From: an uncultured Bacteroidota bacterium
GTDB lineage: Bacteria; Bacteroidota; Bacteroidia; Chitinophagales; Chitinophagaceae
NCBI GenBank assembly: GCA_903824665.1
Contig: CAIJXT010000019.1
Coordinates: forward strand, 101,472-165,471
DNA: 64,000 nt
Direction: 5' to 3'
Position 1 is the stretch's first letter. Each line of letters opens with the position of its first letter. The notes under the pieces are model-generated. The model searched no databases, had not been told where the DNA came from, and was given only the letters and a program-made list of their open reading frames with translations. The position numbers and the translations under genes were made by a program. Shown piece by piece: positions 20,050 to 31,500 of this stretch.

Positions 20050-21366
20050 TTACCCGTTTACCCAAGCGTCCCTGTCGTCCGGACTGAATTTCCAGGGGGC
20101 CATATTGTTTTCTATGTTCCCAAACATCAGATTCCATTCGCCGGGAGCACTGCTTTCTTCCATCACCAGATTGCGCCGCAGCTGCATAATGATATCCAGT
20201 GGGTCAATCATAACCGGACAAGCCTCAACACAAGCCTGACAGGTGGTACATGCGCGCAACTCCTCTACGGTAATATAACCATGTAACAGCGACTTGCCAT
20301 CGTCTTTAAATTCTTTGTTTTCTGTAATATTCCTACCCACTTCCTCCATACGGTCGCGGGTATCCATCATTATCTTCCGCGGTGATAATTTCTTGCCGGT
20401 CATATTAGCCGGACAAACCGAGGAACACCTTCCGCACTCTGTACAGGAGTAAGCGTCGAGCAAGTTTTTCCAACTAAGATCCTGCACATCTTTTGCACCA
20501 AAACGTGGTGGCGCAGCTGCTTCGGCAGTGGCTGCAGGGGCTTTGTCGGGCTCCATCATGTACAGCACTTCGTTCTGAATTTCTTTCATGTTCCGGGCCT
20601 CTCCCTGAGGTACTAGTTTGGAGTAATATGCATTGGGGAACGCAAGCAGTATGTGCAGGTGCTTGGAGTACGGCAGGTAGTTAAGAAACAGAAATACACC
20701 GATAATATGTAACCACCAGCAAGTACGCTCAATAGCCACCAACGCTCCGGCAGACATGCCTGAAAACATACCTGTAAGATGACCGGTAACCCAGAAAGAC
20801 TCTGTATGCGTGTAATGCTCGGCTCCCAGCTGCTGCAACGACAGATCTGCTGTATTCATGATCAGAAACAAAGACATCAGTACCACCTCGGTTACCAATA
20901 TCAGATTGGCATCGTTGCGCGGCCAGCCATTGAGCTCAGGCATGTTGAGTCTGCCAATCTTCAACACATTCCTGCGAATGAGGAAGACCACACAACCCAA
21001 CAAAACGAGAACAGCAAGGACTTCGAAAAAACCAACGAGAAAGGAATACAGCGCTCCCAGAGGTGGCGCAAAAATTCTATGAGCACCAGTGACACCGTCT
21101 ATAAAAATCTCCAGAATCTCTACGTTGATAATAACAAACCCTGCATAAACTGCAAGATGCAGCAAGGCCGGTATTGGTCGTTTGAACATTTTTTTCTGGC
21201 CCAGTGCCAGCAAAACCATGTTTTTCCAACGCTGGCTTTTATTGTCCGAAATTTCCTCATCGCGACCAAGCAATATATTGCGGCGCATCTCCGTAACCTT
21301 CTTCCAGAAAAAATAAACCGCTGCAATTGCAAGCGCTATAAATAATATCTGTTGTACTATCTGCAT
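20050..21366 (-). CDS. Membrane (Fe-S)-binding oxidoreductase subunit (FadF/HdrE-D-like N-terminal part)
   Basis: About 5 TM helices, SKHLH, CTECGRCSSVCP and CTTCQACVEACP; start placed at MQIVQQ. Confidence 0.85.
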   Translation of the reverse strand: MQIVQQILFIALAIAAVYFFWKKVTEMRRNILLGRDEEISDNKSQRWKNMVLLALGQKKMFKRPIPALLHLAVYAGFVIINVEILEIFIDGVTGAHRIFAPPLGALYSFLVGFFEVLAVLVLLGCVVFLIRRNVLKIGRLNMPELNGWPRNDANLILVTEVVLMSLFLIMNTADLSLQQLGAEHYTHTESFWVTGHLTGMFSGMSAGALVAIERTCWWLHIIGVFLFLNYLPYSKHLHILLAFPNAYYSKLVPQGEARNMKEIQNEVLYMMEPDKAPAATAEAAAPPRFGAKDVQDLSWKNLLDAYSCTECGRCSSVCPANMTGKKLSPRKIMMDTRDRMEEVGRNITENKEFKDDGKSLLHGYITVEELRACTTCQACVEACPVMIDPLDIIMQLRRNLVMEESSAPGEWNLMFGNIENNMAPWKFSPDDRDAWVNG

Positions 21367-21539
21367 CAGGCCAGCCAATTTTAACCCGAAAGTAACAGGT
21401 TTTAAGCCAAAAGTCAAAAATGCCCCATAGGTATTAACGATGTAGTGCTATGTCAGCCCGAATTTGGCTGAGAATCAATCAATTTGCACCATTATTTCTC
21501 TTTATTCGCTACATTGCCAGTAGATTGGGTACTATAACC

Positions 21540-24182
21540 ATGGCGCTCCGGATAATAGCTTGCACTTTTTGCCTTTTACTGTCGTACATATCGCTGCTTG
21601 CACAGGTTGCTGATACGCTACGTCTTCCGGATTCGACAAACCGGGTGGCCAAACCTGCGACTGACTCATTAGTGCTGGATACTACCCAACTCGTACTGCC
21701 TGACCCGATCATTCCCAAACAATCCACAGCGGCACGTAGCCAATCTGATCAAACCGGCTACACCATACATGGCAAGGTAGCTGATGGTGGTACGGGAGAG
21801 GGCATTCCGTTTGCGACAGTTTTCTTTCCACGAACACCTGTTGGTACAGTAGCTGATCTGGATGGCAACTTCATCCTCAAAATGGAATCCCTGCCGATGG
21901 ACACACTGTACGTGAATGCGATTGGGTACAAAAGCGCCAAACGGATTCTGAACAGGTCGCGCCACGAATACAACTTCATCATAGAGCTTGAGCGGTCTGT
22001 GACATCGCTGGGTGAAGTAACGATACATGCCGGAGAGGATCCTGCGATTACCCTGGTAAAGAAGATCATAGAAAGAAAACCCTATAACGACCCGGACCGG
22101 ACTGAGAACTATCGCTACGAAGCGTATAACCGGCTGGAAGCCGACCTGCAGCGCCTGACCAAGGACCAGTTTGAGAAAATACCGATCCTCAAGAAATATG
22201 GTTTTATCTACAACAACCTCGACACTGTATCTGAAACCCGCCCTTACCTGCCGCTATACCTCACTGAAACATTGTCTGACTACTACTTCAGGCGCAAACC
22301 CAAAAAGGTAAGAGAGGTGATTAAAGCCAGCATGGTGAAGGGTGTGAACAATGAAAATGTTGTAAAGTATCTCGGGACCTTTCACCAGAACCTGAACATC
22401 TACAAGAACTATGTACCCGTATTTGACAAGAAGTTTGTGAGTCCGGTGAGTGATGAGGGACTGCTGTTTTATAAATACAAAATACGGGATACACAGGTAG
22501 CCTATGGTCATAACATCATACTGGTACAGTACACCCCAAAACGGCCACTCGAAAGCTGCTTCACCGGTGACTTCTGGGTTGTAGATTCGGTGTTTGCCAT
22601 TCAGCGGATCAGCATGGAAATTGCCCGCGAGGTAAACATCAACTGGCTGGACCATGTAGCGCTGTATCAGGAATTTGCGCCGGTAGACAGTTTCTGGTTT
22701 TGTGTTAAGGACAAGTTCATAGCTGGTTTCTCGGCTTACAAATCGAAGAAGATGCCCGGCGTTATTGGCCGCAAGACAACTACCTATCACCATATCAAGA
22801 TCAACAGCGATACAGTGGACATCGCACTAGACGACCCGAAGGTGAAGCAGGACGTCATAAAACTGGACTCTGCCAAACATATGACCGACGCCTGGTGGCA
22901 GCAAAACCGGCCCGACACCCTGACCAAGAACGAAGCGGCAATATATAAGATGGTAGACACCATCAACGAGATGCCGATAACAACTGTCTACAAAAACCTG
23001 GTCACCTTTATCTCTACGGGAGTGAAAGATATAGGACCGGTACAACTAGGCCCCTACTTCTACCTTTACAGTTTCAACGCAATTGAAGGCAGCCGTTTTC
23101 GCCTGTCGCTGGGTACACCCCGTAGCCTGAAGAACTTTCAGTTTACAGGGTATGGTGCCTATGGCACCCGAGATGGCCGGTTTAAGTACGGCATCACCGG
23201 CCAATGGATGATCAAGCGAAACCCATGGACCTACCTGCAGGCCAGCTATGCACACGATGTAAGCCAGACTACCAACTACTATGATCAGGTAGGCGCTGAC
23301 AACATATTCAGTACACTGTTCAGGAAAGCCGGTGTACCATGGAAACTGGCATTTGCTGATGACAAACGTATAGAGTTCTACAAACAATATTTCAACGGAT
23401 TCAGCCACAAACTGATCCTCGACCACCGGGACTTCACGCCCTACAAGCCGCTGCCATTTGAAGGCATTTTCCACAATGCGAAGGGAGAACTATCGCGTAA
23501 TGTAGTGAGCGCCGAGGTGGGTGTAGACCTGCGTTTTGCCTATAAGGAAAAGTATCTTGAAGGCCAGTTCAAACGGGTGAGTGTAAAAAGCAAGTACCCG
23601 GTTGTGAGCCTGTCTGTGACGTCGGGTATAAAGGGTGTATTGGATGGCGCATACAGCTACCAGAAAGCACGCCTTGCAGTAACCGGACTCAATTATATAC
23701 CTCCTTTTGGCAGCCTGTATTACAATGTTTTTGCGGGCAAGTACAATGGGACCCTACCTTATCCGCTGTTGGAGATCCATCCGGGCAACGAGTACTACTA
23801 TTATAATAAGTATGCGTTCCAGATGATGAACAACTATGAATTTCTGAGCGACCAATATGTTGGTTTCAATACTGAACACAATTTTGGCGGAGGGATATTC
23901 AACAGAATACCTGTGTTGAAGAAACTGAAGTTCCGCCAGTTCTGGACCGCAAAGGGCGTTGTAGGGTCGCTGAGCGAGGCCAATCAGAAACTGAATCTGG
24001 ATCGTGGCTATGCGTTCCGTACACTGAAGGGGTCACCGTACCTGGAATTGGGCACCGGAGTCTCCAATATATTGCAGGTGGGCCGTATAGATTTTGTGTG
24101 GCGGGTGACGCCGAAACCAATAGCAACAGAAGCCAAATGGCGCTATTTCGGCATTTTCGGCAGTGTGAAATTTGAGTTTTAA
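21540..24182 (+). CDS. Carboxypeptidase-regulatory-like domain plus DUF5686 outer membrane protein
   Basis: GKVADGGTGEGIPFATV..DLDGNF, YEAYNRLEAD, C-terminal barrel ending VKFEF. Confidence 0.85.
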   Translation: MALRIIACTFCLLLSYISLLAQVADTLRLPDSTNRVAKPATDSLVLDTTQLVLPDPIIPKQSTAARSQSDQTGYTIHGKVADGGTGEGIPFATVFFPRTPVGTVADLDGNFILKMESLPMDTLYVNAIGYKSAKRILNRSRHEYNFIIELERSVTSLGEVTIHAGEDPAITLVKKIIERKPYNDPDRTENYRYEAYNRLEADLQRLTKDQFEKIPILKKYGFIYNNLDTVSETRPYLPLYLTETLSDYYFRRKPKKVREVIKASMVKGVNNENVVKYLGTFHQNLNIYKNYVPVFDKKFVSPVSDEGLLFYKYKIRDTQVAYGHNIILVQYTPKRPLESCFTGDFWVVDSVFAIQRISMEIAREVNINWLDHVALYQEFAPVDSFWFCVKDKFIAGFSAYKSKKMPGVIGRKTTTYHHIKINSDTVDIALDDPKVKQDVIKLDSAKHMTDAWWQQNRPDTLTKNEAAIYKMVDTINEMPITTVYKNLVTFISTGVKDIGPVQLGPYFYLYSFNAIEGSRFRLSLGTPRSLKNFQFTGYGAYGTRDGRFKYGITGQWMIKRNPWTYLQASYAHDVSQTTNYYDQVGADNIFSTLFRKAGVPWKLAFADDKRIEFYKQYFNGFSHKLILDHRDFTPYKPLPFEGIFHNAKGELSRNVVSAEVGVDLRFAYKEKYLEGQFKRVSVKSKYPVVSLSVTSGIKGVLDGAYSYQKARLAVTGLNYIPPFGSLYYNVFAGKYNGTLPYPLLEIHPGNEYYYYNKYAFQMMNNYEFLSDQYVGFNTEHNFGGGIFNRIPVLKKLKFRQFWTAKGVVGSLSEANQKLNLDRGYAFRTLKGSPYLELGTGVSNILQVGRIDFVWRVTPKPIATEAKWRYFGIFGSVKFEF

Positions 24183-24221
24183 TCAACGGCTTCGCAGTCA
24201 ACAGCACAAATGTGCTCATCC

Positions 24222-24971
24222 CTATTTCTTTACCGGTGGCGCGGCCTGCTTCATCACCGGAATTTCCTTACGAACAGGTATCAGTGCTTTTTTTGATGCC
24301 GGAATAATTTTTGGTGCACCCTGTACTGGTTTTGCTGTGGCTGGCTTTGGCTCGGCTTTAACTGCTGCTGCAGGCGGATTAGCTTCTGACTTCGCAGGCA
24401 TCAGTGATGCTTTCTCAGCGGTTTTGGGCGCAGCAGATTTTACAACAACTTTCTTTTTCTTCACTGCCTTCTTTTTGGCTACCGGCTCTTCTGTTCTGAT
24501 CCGGTCGGACTGATTGTATGGTGTTTCGTGCTGATCGGGGTTCTGGTAGACCATGATCTCGTATACTTTCTCGGCCTGCAGATAACCTGAGAAAATAACC
24601 TGCACATCCTGTATGCGCTTGCTGTTGCAGATATAACTTACAGATTTGTCTGCTGCCAATTCTTTGTCGCACAGGCTTGCAATTGCTGCCTTGATCTTAT
24701 TGTAATCCTTTGCGTTATCGGTCTGGTACACTACATAACATTCGTTGCGATTGATAATGCATGTAGTATAAAACTCACCATTGACTGCATACCTATGGTA
24801 ATAGTGGTCCTCATTTGCCCGGTCGAAAGATTTTGCCTGCAGGAAGTAAGTAAGTTCATCTTCTTTGTTGCATATCTTTTTGTTCTCGAGTATTTGCATA
24901 AATATGCTGTGCTGGCCATAAGCCATGACGCACGATACGAACAGCGACAGGAATAAGAACATTCTTTTCAT
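24222..24971 (-). CDS. Secreted hypothetical protein with a Lys/Ala/Pro-rich C-terminal tail
   Basis: Signal peptide; tail KKKAVKKKKVVVKSAAPKTAEKA..PAAAVKAEPKPATAKP. Confidence 0.7.
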   Translation of the reverse strand: MKRMFLFLSLFVSCVMAYGQHSIFMQILENKKICNKEDELTYFLQAKSFDRANEDHYYHRYAVNGEFYTTCIINRNECYVVYQTDNAKDYNKIKAAIASLCDKELAADKSVSYICNSKRIQDVQVIFSGYLQAEKVYEIMVYQNPDQHETPYNQSDRIRTEEPVAKKKAVKKKKVVVKSAAPKTAEKASLMPAKSEANPPAAAVKAEPKPATAKPVQGAPKIIPASKKALIPVRKEIPVMKQAAPPVKK

Positions 24972-25085
24972 AAAAAATCCGTTATTTCACTCAAAGCTAT
25001 AAAAGTAAATCTGATTATTGTAATGGACCACCGGTATTCTTGCTGCCGGACACTGCCCTGCTCACCCACAAAAAACAAAGCAAAA

Positions 25086-25511
25086 ATGGATCAATTCCCT
25101 GTAAAACTACCGCTGAGAATAGACTGGAGCGAGATGGATCTTTTTGGTCATATCAACAATGTTGCCTACTTCAAATACATACAGGCATCGCGTGTGCACT
25201 ACTGGGAGCTGACAGGCGTTGCTGCCACTTTTCACCAAACCCGGATTGGTCCGATTCTGCTTTCGACCAATTGTCAGTTTATCAAACCGCTGCATTACCC
25301 GGGCAATATAGTGGTGGAAAGCAGGGTGGAGTTTATAAAAACCACCAGCTTCGGGATACACCACCGCATATTGAACCCTGCGGGCGAAGTGGCTGCCGAG
25401 GCGCATGATGTAATTGTAAACTACGACTTTGAGAAAGATGAAAAAACGCCGATTTCTGACGTCTTCAAACAAGCTGTAAGCCGAATACAAGGTGACGGTA
25501 ATGTCGGATGA
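25086..25511 (+). CDS. Acyl-CoA thioesterase (YbgC/FadM hotdog fold)
   Basis: IDWSEMDLFGHINNVAYFKY. Confidence 0.9.
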   Translation: MDQFPVKLPLRIDWSEMDLFGHINNVAYFKYIQASRVHYWELTGVAATFHQTRIGPILLSTNCQFIKPLHYPGNIVVESRVEFIKTTSFGIHHRILNPAGEVAAEAHDVIVNYDFEKDEKTPISDVFKQAVSRIQGDGNVG

Positions 25512-26179
25512 CAACGTTGCTATAGTGATCAATATATTTTCGACACGATAAAGCATTCTGAAGTTAGGGAGTTTGTGTGGTTCTGGTTGTAATTTGAAAA
25601 TTGCGCACTTTGTGGAAATTTTTTTCAAAAATCCTATTCATCTGATTATCAATACTTTATGTTTTCATTTTTGCGCACTTTTTGCTCACTTTTGCTCACT
25701 GAAATTTTTTAATGTTTCAAAAATGCGCAAAGTGACTGCGACTAGCATACCGTTAAATGGATGTGCTGCACGATAAAGGTCTGCTGAATATACAATTGTA
25801 ACAAACCCAATTTTGATGATAGCACGCCTGCTGTATATCACAGACAGTATTGTGGATATGATAAAAACTCAAACCCTAGGCAGGTAAGGGGTTGGTGGGA
25901 TTTTGACTAGTATTTTTTCAGTTGTGTGGACGGCAGTTTAATTTTTTAAATATTCAGGTGACGACAGGGAGGTTGTAGCAGTACCCGAAAGTGGCAAAAG
26001 CGCATCTGTTCGGGAGCGAGACAACAAGAAAGAACAAACAAGGACAAAGCGCCCTATTAGCCACCCAAGCGGATAATGCTAACTGCAGTAGATCTGGCCT
26101 GAACGACAAACGGACGTCTCATTGATTTGTTAATTTTTTCAATAACGGCGTGGACGCATTGTTAAAATCAACGTTACTG

Positions 26180-26187
26180 TACTTTTG
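26180..26187 (+). promoter_or_regulatory. Sigma-A -7 element (TACTTTTG)
   Basis: TAnnTTTG 17 nt before the receptor ATG. Confidence 0.55.
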
Positions 26188-26204
26188 CACCTCAATTATC
26201 ATCC

Positions 26205-28547
26205 ATGCGCTTTTTCCTGATCACACTATCTACCCTATTGTTTGTACCGGTTTTGTTATTTGCACAGAAAGTATCGCTGAGTGGGTATATGCGCGACAAA
26301 GCGACGGGAGAATCGCTGATAGCAGGGACGATCTATATAAAAGAAGCGTCGCAGGGTGCTACAACCAACAACTATGGTTTCTACTCGGTGACCGTACCGG
26401 CAGGCAAGTACACCGTTATTTACTCGTATGTGGGCTACAACCCCATGGTATTGGAAATGGACCTGTCGGCAAATCTGAGTTACAATGCCGAACTGTCTAA
26501 TGGTACGACGATGAAGGAAGTGAAGATCACGGCCGGGCGGAAAGACGATCATGTTAAGAATGCAGAGATGGGTACGGTAAGTCTTTCGATAGGCCGTATA
26601 AAGACATTGCCGGTGTTGTTTGGTGAGGTAGATATATTGAAAACGCTGCAGCTACTGCCCGGAGTACAATCTGCAGGTGAGGGCAATTCGGGGTTTTACG
26701 TGCGTGGTGGTGGTCCGGACCAGAACCTGGTGCTGCTGGACGACGCAGTGGTGTACAATACAGGCCATTTGTTTGGGTTCTTCTCAGTCTTCAACGGCGA
26801 TGCGATAAAGGATGTAACACTGATAAAGGGCGGTGCCCCTGCCAACTATGGCGGCAGACTGTCGTCGGTGGTGGATGTGTCGATGAAGGAGGGTAATCTG
26901 AAGGAGTATCATGCAGAGGGCGGTATAGGGCTTATCGCATCGCGGCTGACACTGGAAGGCCCGATTAAGAAAGAGCGAGGCTCGTTTATGGTATCGGGCA
27001 GGCGCACGTATATCGATATCCTTGCCCGTCCGTTTTCGAAGGCATTGGAAAACACGGGATACTACTTCTACGACGCCAACCTGAAAGCCAACTATAAACT
27101 GGGCGAAAATGACCGATTGTACCTGAGTGGGTATACCGGTGTGGACAAATTTAAGTTTGCCAACTCCCGTGGCTCGTTCAGGGCAGATATACCCTGGGGT
27201 AACAATACGGCGACACTGCGCTGGAACCACCAGTTTAACGACAAGCTGTTCTCTAACACAACATTGGTGTATAATGATTACAATTTCGCCTCTAACTTCA
27301 GTGTAAACACATTTGCGGTACGGCTGTCGTCGGGTATAAAGGACTATAATGCGAAAACGGATTTTGACTATTATACCTCGCACAACCACCACATAAAAAC
27401 CGGTGCTGCCTATACGCACCATACCTTTACACCCAACCAGGTTTCGGGTCAGCTGGATACAATAAAACTGGAACCGAACAATGCCTATGTAAAGTACGCA
27501 CACGAGGCCGGGGTGTATGTGCTGGACGAGTTTGAACCGACCGACTGGCTAAAGATCAACGCGGGTTTGCGCTACTCGTGGTTTGGGCAAACGGGGCCTT
27601 ATATGGGGTACAAATTTGACGCTGCCGGCAATATAAATGATAGCACCAAGTATGCCAAGGGCGACCTTGTAAAAACGTATGGTGGCTGGGAGCCGAGATT
27701 GAATCTGCGGTTTGCGCTGAACGATGCGTCATCAATAAAAACGAGTGTATCGCAAACGTATCAGTACATACATCTGGTAACGAACAACGGATCGACGCTG
27801 CCTACGGATGTGTGGGCACCAAGCACCTACCTGGTGAGGCCACAGCAGGCCAGGCAATACTCTGCCGGCTACTTTCACAACTTTCTGGATGACCAGCTGG
27901 AGACCTCTGTAGAGGTGTATTACAAAGACATGAAAAACCAGTTGCAGTACCGTGAGGGGTATACCCCAAACACGCTACGCGACCCTGAGTTGGAATACGT
28001 TTTCGGGAAGGGTACTGCTTATGGTGCCGAGTTTTTTGTAAACAAGACAAAAGGAAAATTCACGGGATGGATAGGCTATACCCTGGCGTGGACCTATCAG
28101 ATATTTGAGAAACTGAACAATGGCGAGAAATTCCCGCTGAAGTATGACCGCAGGCACGACGTATCGGCGGTAGGTACGTATACGTTCAACAAAAAATGGA
28201 CAGTGTCCGGCGTGTTTGTATTTGGCTCAGGCAATGCAATAACGCTACCTACCGCTTACTACTTTATAGACGGACAACTGGTGCAATTGTACAGCAACGT
28301 GAATGCCTATCGTGTGCCAGCCTACCACCGGCTGGACCTATCGGCGACGTATACACCGCAGCACAGCAAACCACGCCGCTGGCAGGGAAGCTGGGCATTC
28401 TCTGTGTACAATGTATACAACCGTAAGAATCCGTACTTCCTGTACGTAGACAACTCTGGCACGGTAGGAAACGGCATAGACATCAAGGTATACCAGGTGT
28501 ATATACTGCCCATTATTCCGGCGATTACCTACAACTTCAAATTCTAA
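26205..28547 (+). CDS. TonB-dependent receptor (carboxypeptidase-reg N-domain, plug, barrel)
   Basis: TNNYGFYS, LQLLPGV, FYVRGGGPDQNL, YGGRLSSV, C-terminal YNFKF. Confidence 0.92.
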   Translation: MRFFLITLSTLLFVPVLLFAQKVSLSGYMRDKATGESLIAGTIYIKEASQGATTNNYGFYSVTVPAGKYTVIYSYVGYNPMVLEMDLSANLSYNAELSNGTTMKEVKITAGRKDDHVKNAEMGTVSLSIGRIKTLPVLFGEVDILKTLQLLPGVQSAGEGNSGFYVRGGGPDQNLVLLDDAVVYNTGHLFGFFSVFNGDAIKDVTLIKGGAPANYGGRLSSVVDVSMKEGNLKEYHAEGGIGLIASRLTLEGPIKKERGSFMVSGRRTYIDILARPFSKALENTGYYFYDANLKANYKLGENDRLYLSGYTGVDKFKFANSRGSFRADIPWGNNTATLRWNHQFNDKLFSNTTLVYNDYNFASNFSVNTFAVRLSSGIKDYNAKTDFDYYTSHNHHIKTGAAYTHHTFTPNQVSGQLDTIKLEPNNAYVKYAHEAGVYVLDEFEPTDWLKINAGLRYSWFGQTGPYMGYKFDAAGNINDSTKYAKGDLVKTYGGWEPRLNLRFALNDASSIKTSVSQTYQYIHLVTNNGSTLPTDVWAPSTYLVRPQQARQYSAGYFHNFLDDQLETSVEVYYKDMKNQLQYREGYTPNTLRDPELEYVFGKGTAYGAEFFVNKTKGKFTGWIGYTLAWTYQIFEKLNNGEKFPLKYDRRHDVSAVGTYTFNKKWTVSGVFVFGSGNAITLPTAYYFIDGQLVQLYSNVNAYRVPAYHRLDLSATYTPQHSKPRRWQGSWAFSVYNVYNRKNPYFLYVDNSGTVGNGIDIKVYQVYILPIIPAITYNFKF

Positions 28548-28554
28548 ACAGCAA

Positions 28555-31500
28555 CTACTCTAGGATCACAACCCGGCCGGTATAGTCGCCATCGGTGGAT
28601 CTGAGGGTAAGTGTGTATACCCCATTGGGGATACCGAAAACAGAAAACTGCGTTACACCGTCGGACGACGGCATATCGAAAGTGGAGGTCGCTACAACTT
28701 TCCCAGCAACATCGGTAAGCGACAGCTCACCAATGAATGCGGTGCTTTTAGTGTACCGTATATTGAGTACCCGGGATGCCGGATTGGGATAGTGGTTGAA
28801 GATCGCCATCGGCTTAGCGGTAACTGTTACTGCAAGCGTTTCGAAGGCGCCACACCCGTTTGAAGCGGTTTCGGAATAGGTAATTATCGCCGATCCCAGA
28901 GCCCGCCCTGTAACTACACCCCATTGGTCTATTGTAACAACCGATGAATCGCTTGCTGACCACACACCTGATGGTGCCCTGCCACGGAGTTCAACGGTTT
29001 TACCGGCTACTATTACCGATTTCCCTGTGATGGGTGTAAGCTGGGGCACCGGCAGCACAGTGATATTGGCTGTTTTGACCCCAGTACCGCACCCGTCGGT
29101 AACGGAATACGCAACCTGTGTGGTACCAACGGCAATACAGGTGAGCGTGCCCATAGCATCAATCGTCGCAATGGAGGTATCGGCAACGGACCAGACTCCG
29201 CCTGCAACAGGATTGGAAAACGATACCAATTTGCCCATGCACTGCGATGCCATGCCGATAATGTAGCCTGTATATGGGCTGGAACTGCCCGTAACATTGG
29301 TGACCGCAGAAACGGCACCACAAACACCAGTGACGGTATACGAGATTTTTGCAGTACCTGCAGCACGTATCAGTGCGACACCAGACTGATCGACGGTGGC
29401 AATAGCAGTGTCGCTGGTGCTCCATACACCACCCGGTACTGTAGCAGAGATTACTTTGGTGTCGCCCGGGCAGCCAGATCCACCGCCGGAAAGTGTACCA
29501 GGATCTGCGGGAGCAAGTATCTGAATAGTAGCGGTATCGGTTGCGACGCCACAGCTATTGGTAAAACTATAGGTAATCAATGCAGTACCAACATTTATGC
29601 CCCTGATACGACCAGATGACAACATACTGACATTGCCCGATGTACTACTCAAATAGCCGCCCGAAGGGTTGCCAAACCAAGTCACCTCTGCATCTTTGCA
29701 GACATAAGAACCAGAAGGTACGATTTGTGCCTGTGGCAGCGGGTTGACAGTAACAGCAGATGTAGCATGAATGAGACCACAGGCGGTGCTTTTTGAATAA
29801 GATATGGTAACAGACCCTTGCGCCACGCCGATCACAGTACCAGCGGTGCCAATAGTAACATTAGTGTTTGACGCGCTCCAGGTGCCACCGGTGGTGCTGA
29901 CCCAAAATGGACTAGTAGTATCGCCAACACAAACGTTGCTGGCGCCAGAAATACTTATGGTTGATGGAGCAACTACAGACAGGTTGACCTGAATAATAGC
30001 AGTATCGGTGCCGTCGCTTATGCGTACCCTAAAATTATCGCCGCCAGAGTACCCTGATACAGGGGTGTAGACAACACCAGCGGGAGCAACTGCCGCACCT
30101 GTAGATACTGCTGTAGCGGGAAATCCGGAAAGTGAGCCATGAATAGGCCCAGACAGCACAGACCATGTGAGCGGATCACCAATGTCGCCATCAGTGACCG
30201 TAAGCAACGTATCGACAGGAACGCCGGGTGATGATCTGCAAACCTGCACTGGTGAAGTGGACGCACCCTTTACAAAAACAGGCGGCTTATCGATGATCAC
30301 GGGCAGGCAGCAAATGGACCGGATTGCGACTGCCTGCTGTGAAAAATAGAGCTTACCATCAGGCGAAACTGTAATTGCGGCTGCCGAAATGTTTGCTGCC
30401 ATGGCAGAACCATTGTCGCCGGTGTAACCAGCCAAACCAGTACCTGCAATGACAGAGAGGTAATTATAGATATCGTAACGGCTTATTGTAGCGTTGTTGG
30501 AGCAGTACAGGTTACCCATGGTGTCGACAGCAATCAATGAACCAATTGCTGCAATTGATTTGATAACGCCTGCTGCATTTACTTTGCGGATGGTGCTACC
30601 GGCTATGTACACATTTCCTTTGTTGTCGGCGGCAAGGCCAATGGGGTTGTTGAGTCCGGCGGCTGTCGCGGGTCCGCCATCGCCTGACGCTGTGCTACTG
30701 CCGTTGCCTGCAAAAGTAGTGATGATGCTCGTAGCAGCATCGACACTGCGAATACGCTTCAACGTATTGTCTGCGATGAATACATTGCCTGCCGTATCTA
30801 CGGCAACTGCGTGTACCGAGAACTGGGCAGCTGTTGCGGGACCACCATCACCCATACCTGCAGTGCCTCCACCAGCAAATGTAGTGATGACACCGGAGGA
30901 GGACACCTTTCGCACGCGATTGCCGCCAGCCATAGCTATGTATAGATTGCCCTGCTTATCTACTGCGATGATTTCAGGTTTTTCGATAGCTGCAGCTGTA
31001 GCCTGTCCGCCATCACCATAAAATCCGGCTATGCCATTGCCTGCATATGTTTTCAGGATGCCGGAAGCTGTGACCATCCTAACACGATTATTGTTTTTAT
31101 CGGCAAAATATACGTTACCAGCACCATCTGCAGCAATGCCGCCTATTGCATTTGCCTGCAAGAGCAACGGCGAGCCACCGTCGCCACTATAACCCGTAAG
31201 CGCCAGACCATTTCCACTAACAGAAATGATCATTCCTGAAGTCGATATCTTTCTGATGCGATTCGCAGTACCATCTGCCAGATAGATGTTTCCGGCACCA
31301 TCGACGGCGATATCGTCGGGGGGAACCGAAGTAGCTGTTGCCGGAACACCATCGCCTGCATAGCCATAGCCGCCGTTGCCAGCGACAGTAAATATGGCAC
31401 CTGCCAAAGTGATCTTGCGGATACGCCGGTAGGTGTAATCGGACAGGAGTATTTCTCCGGAAGCGTTTACCCTGATAGAAAGCGGCTCCATACGGGCCAG

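Noticed and set aside
25900-26204. Cobalamin or TPP riboswitch ahead of the TonB-dependent receptor
   Set aside because: No recognisable aptamer consensus, and a -7 element lies only 17 nt from the ATG
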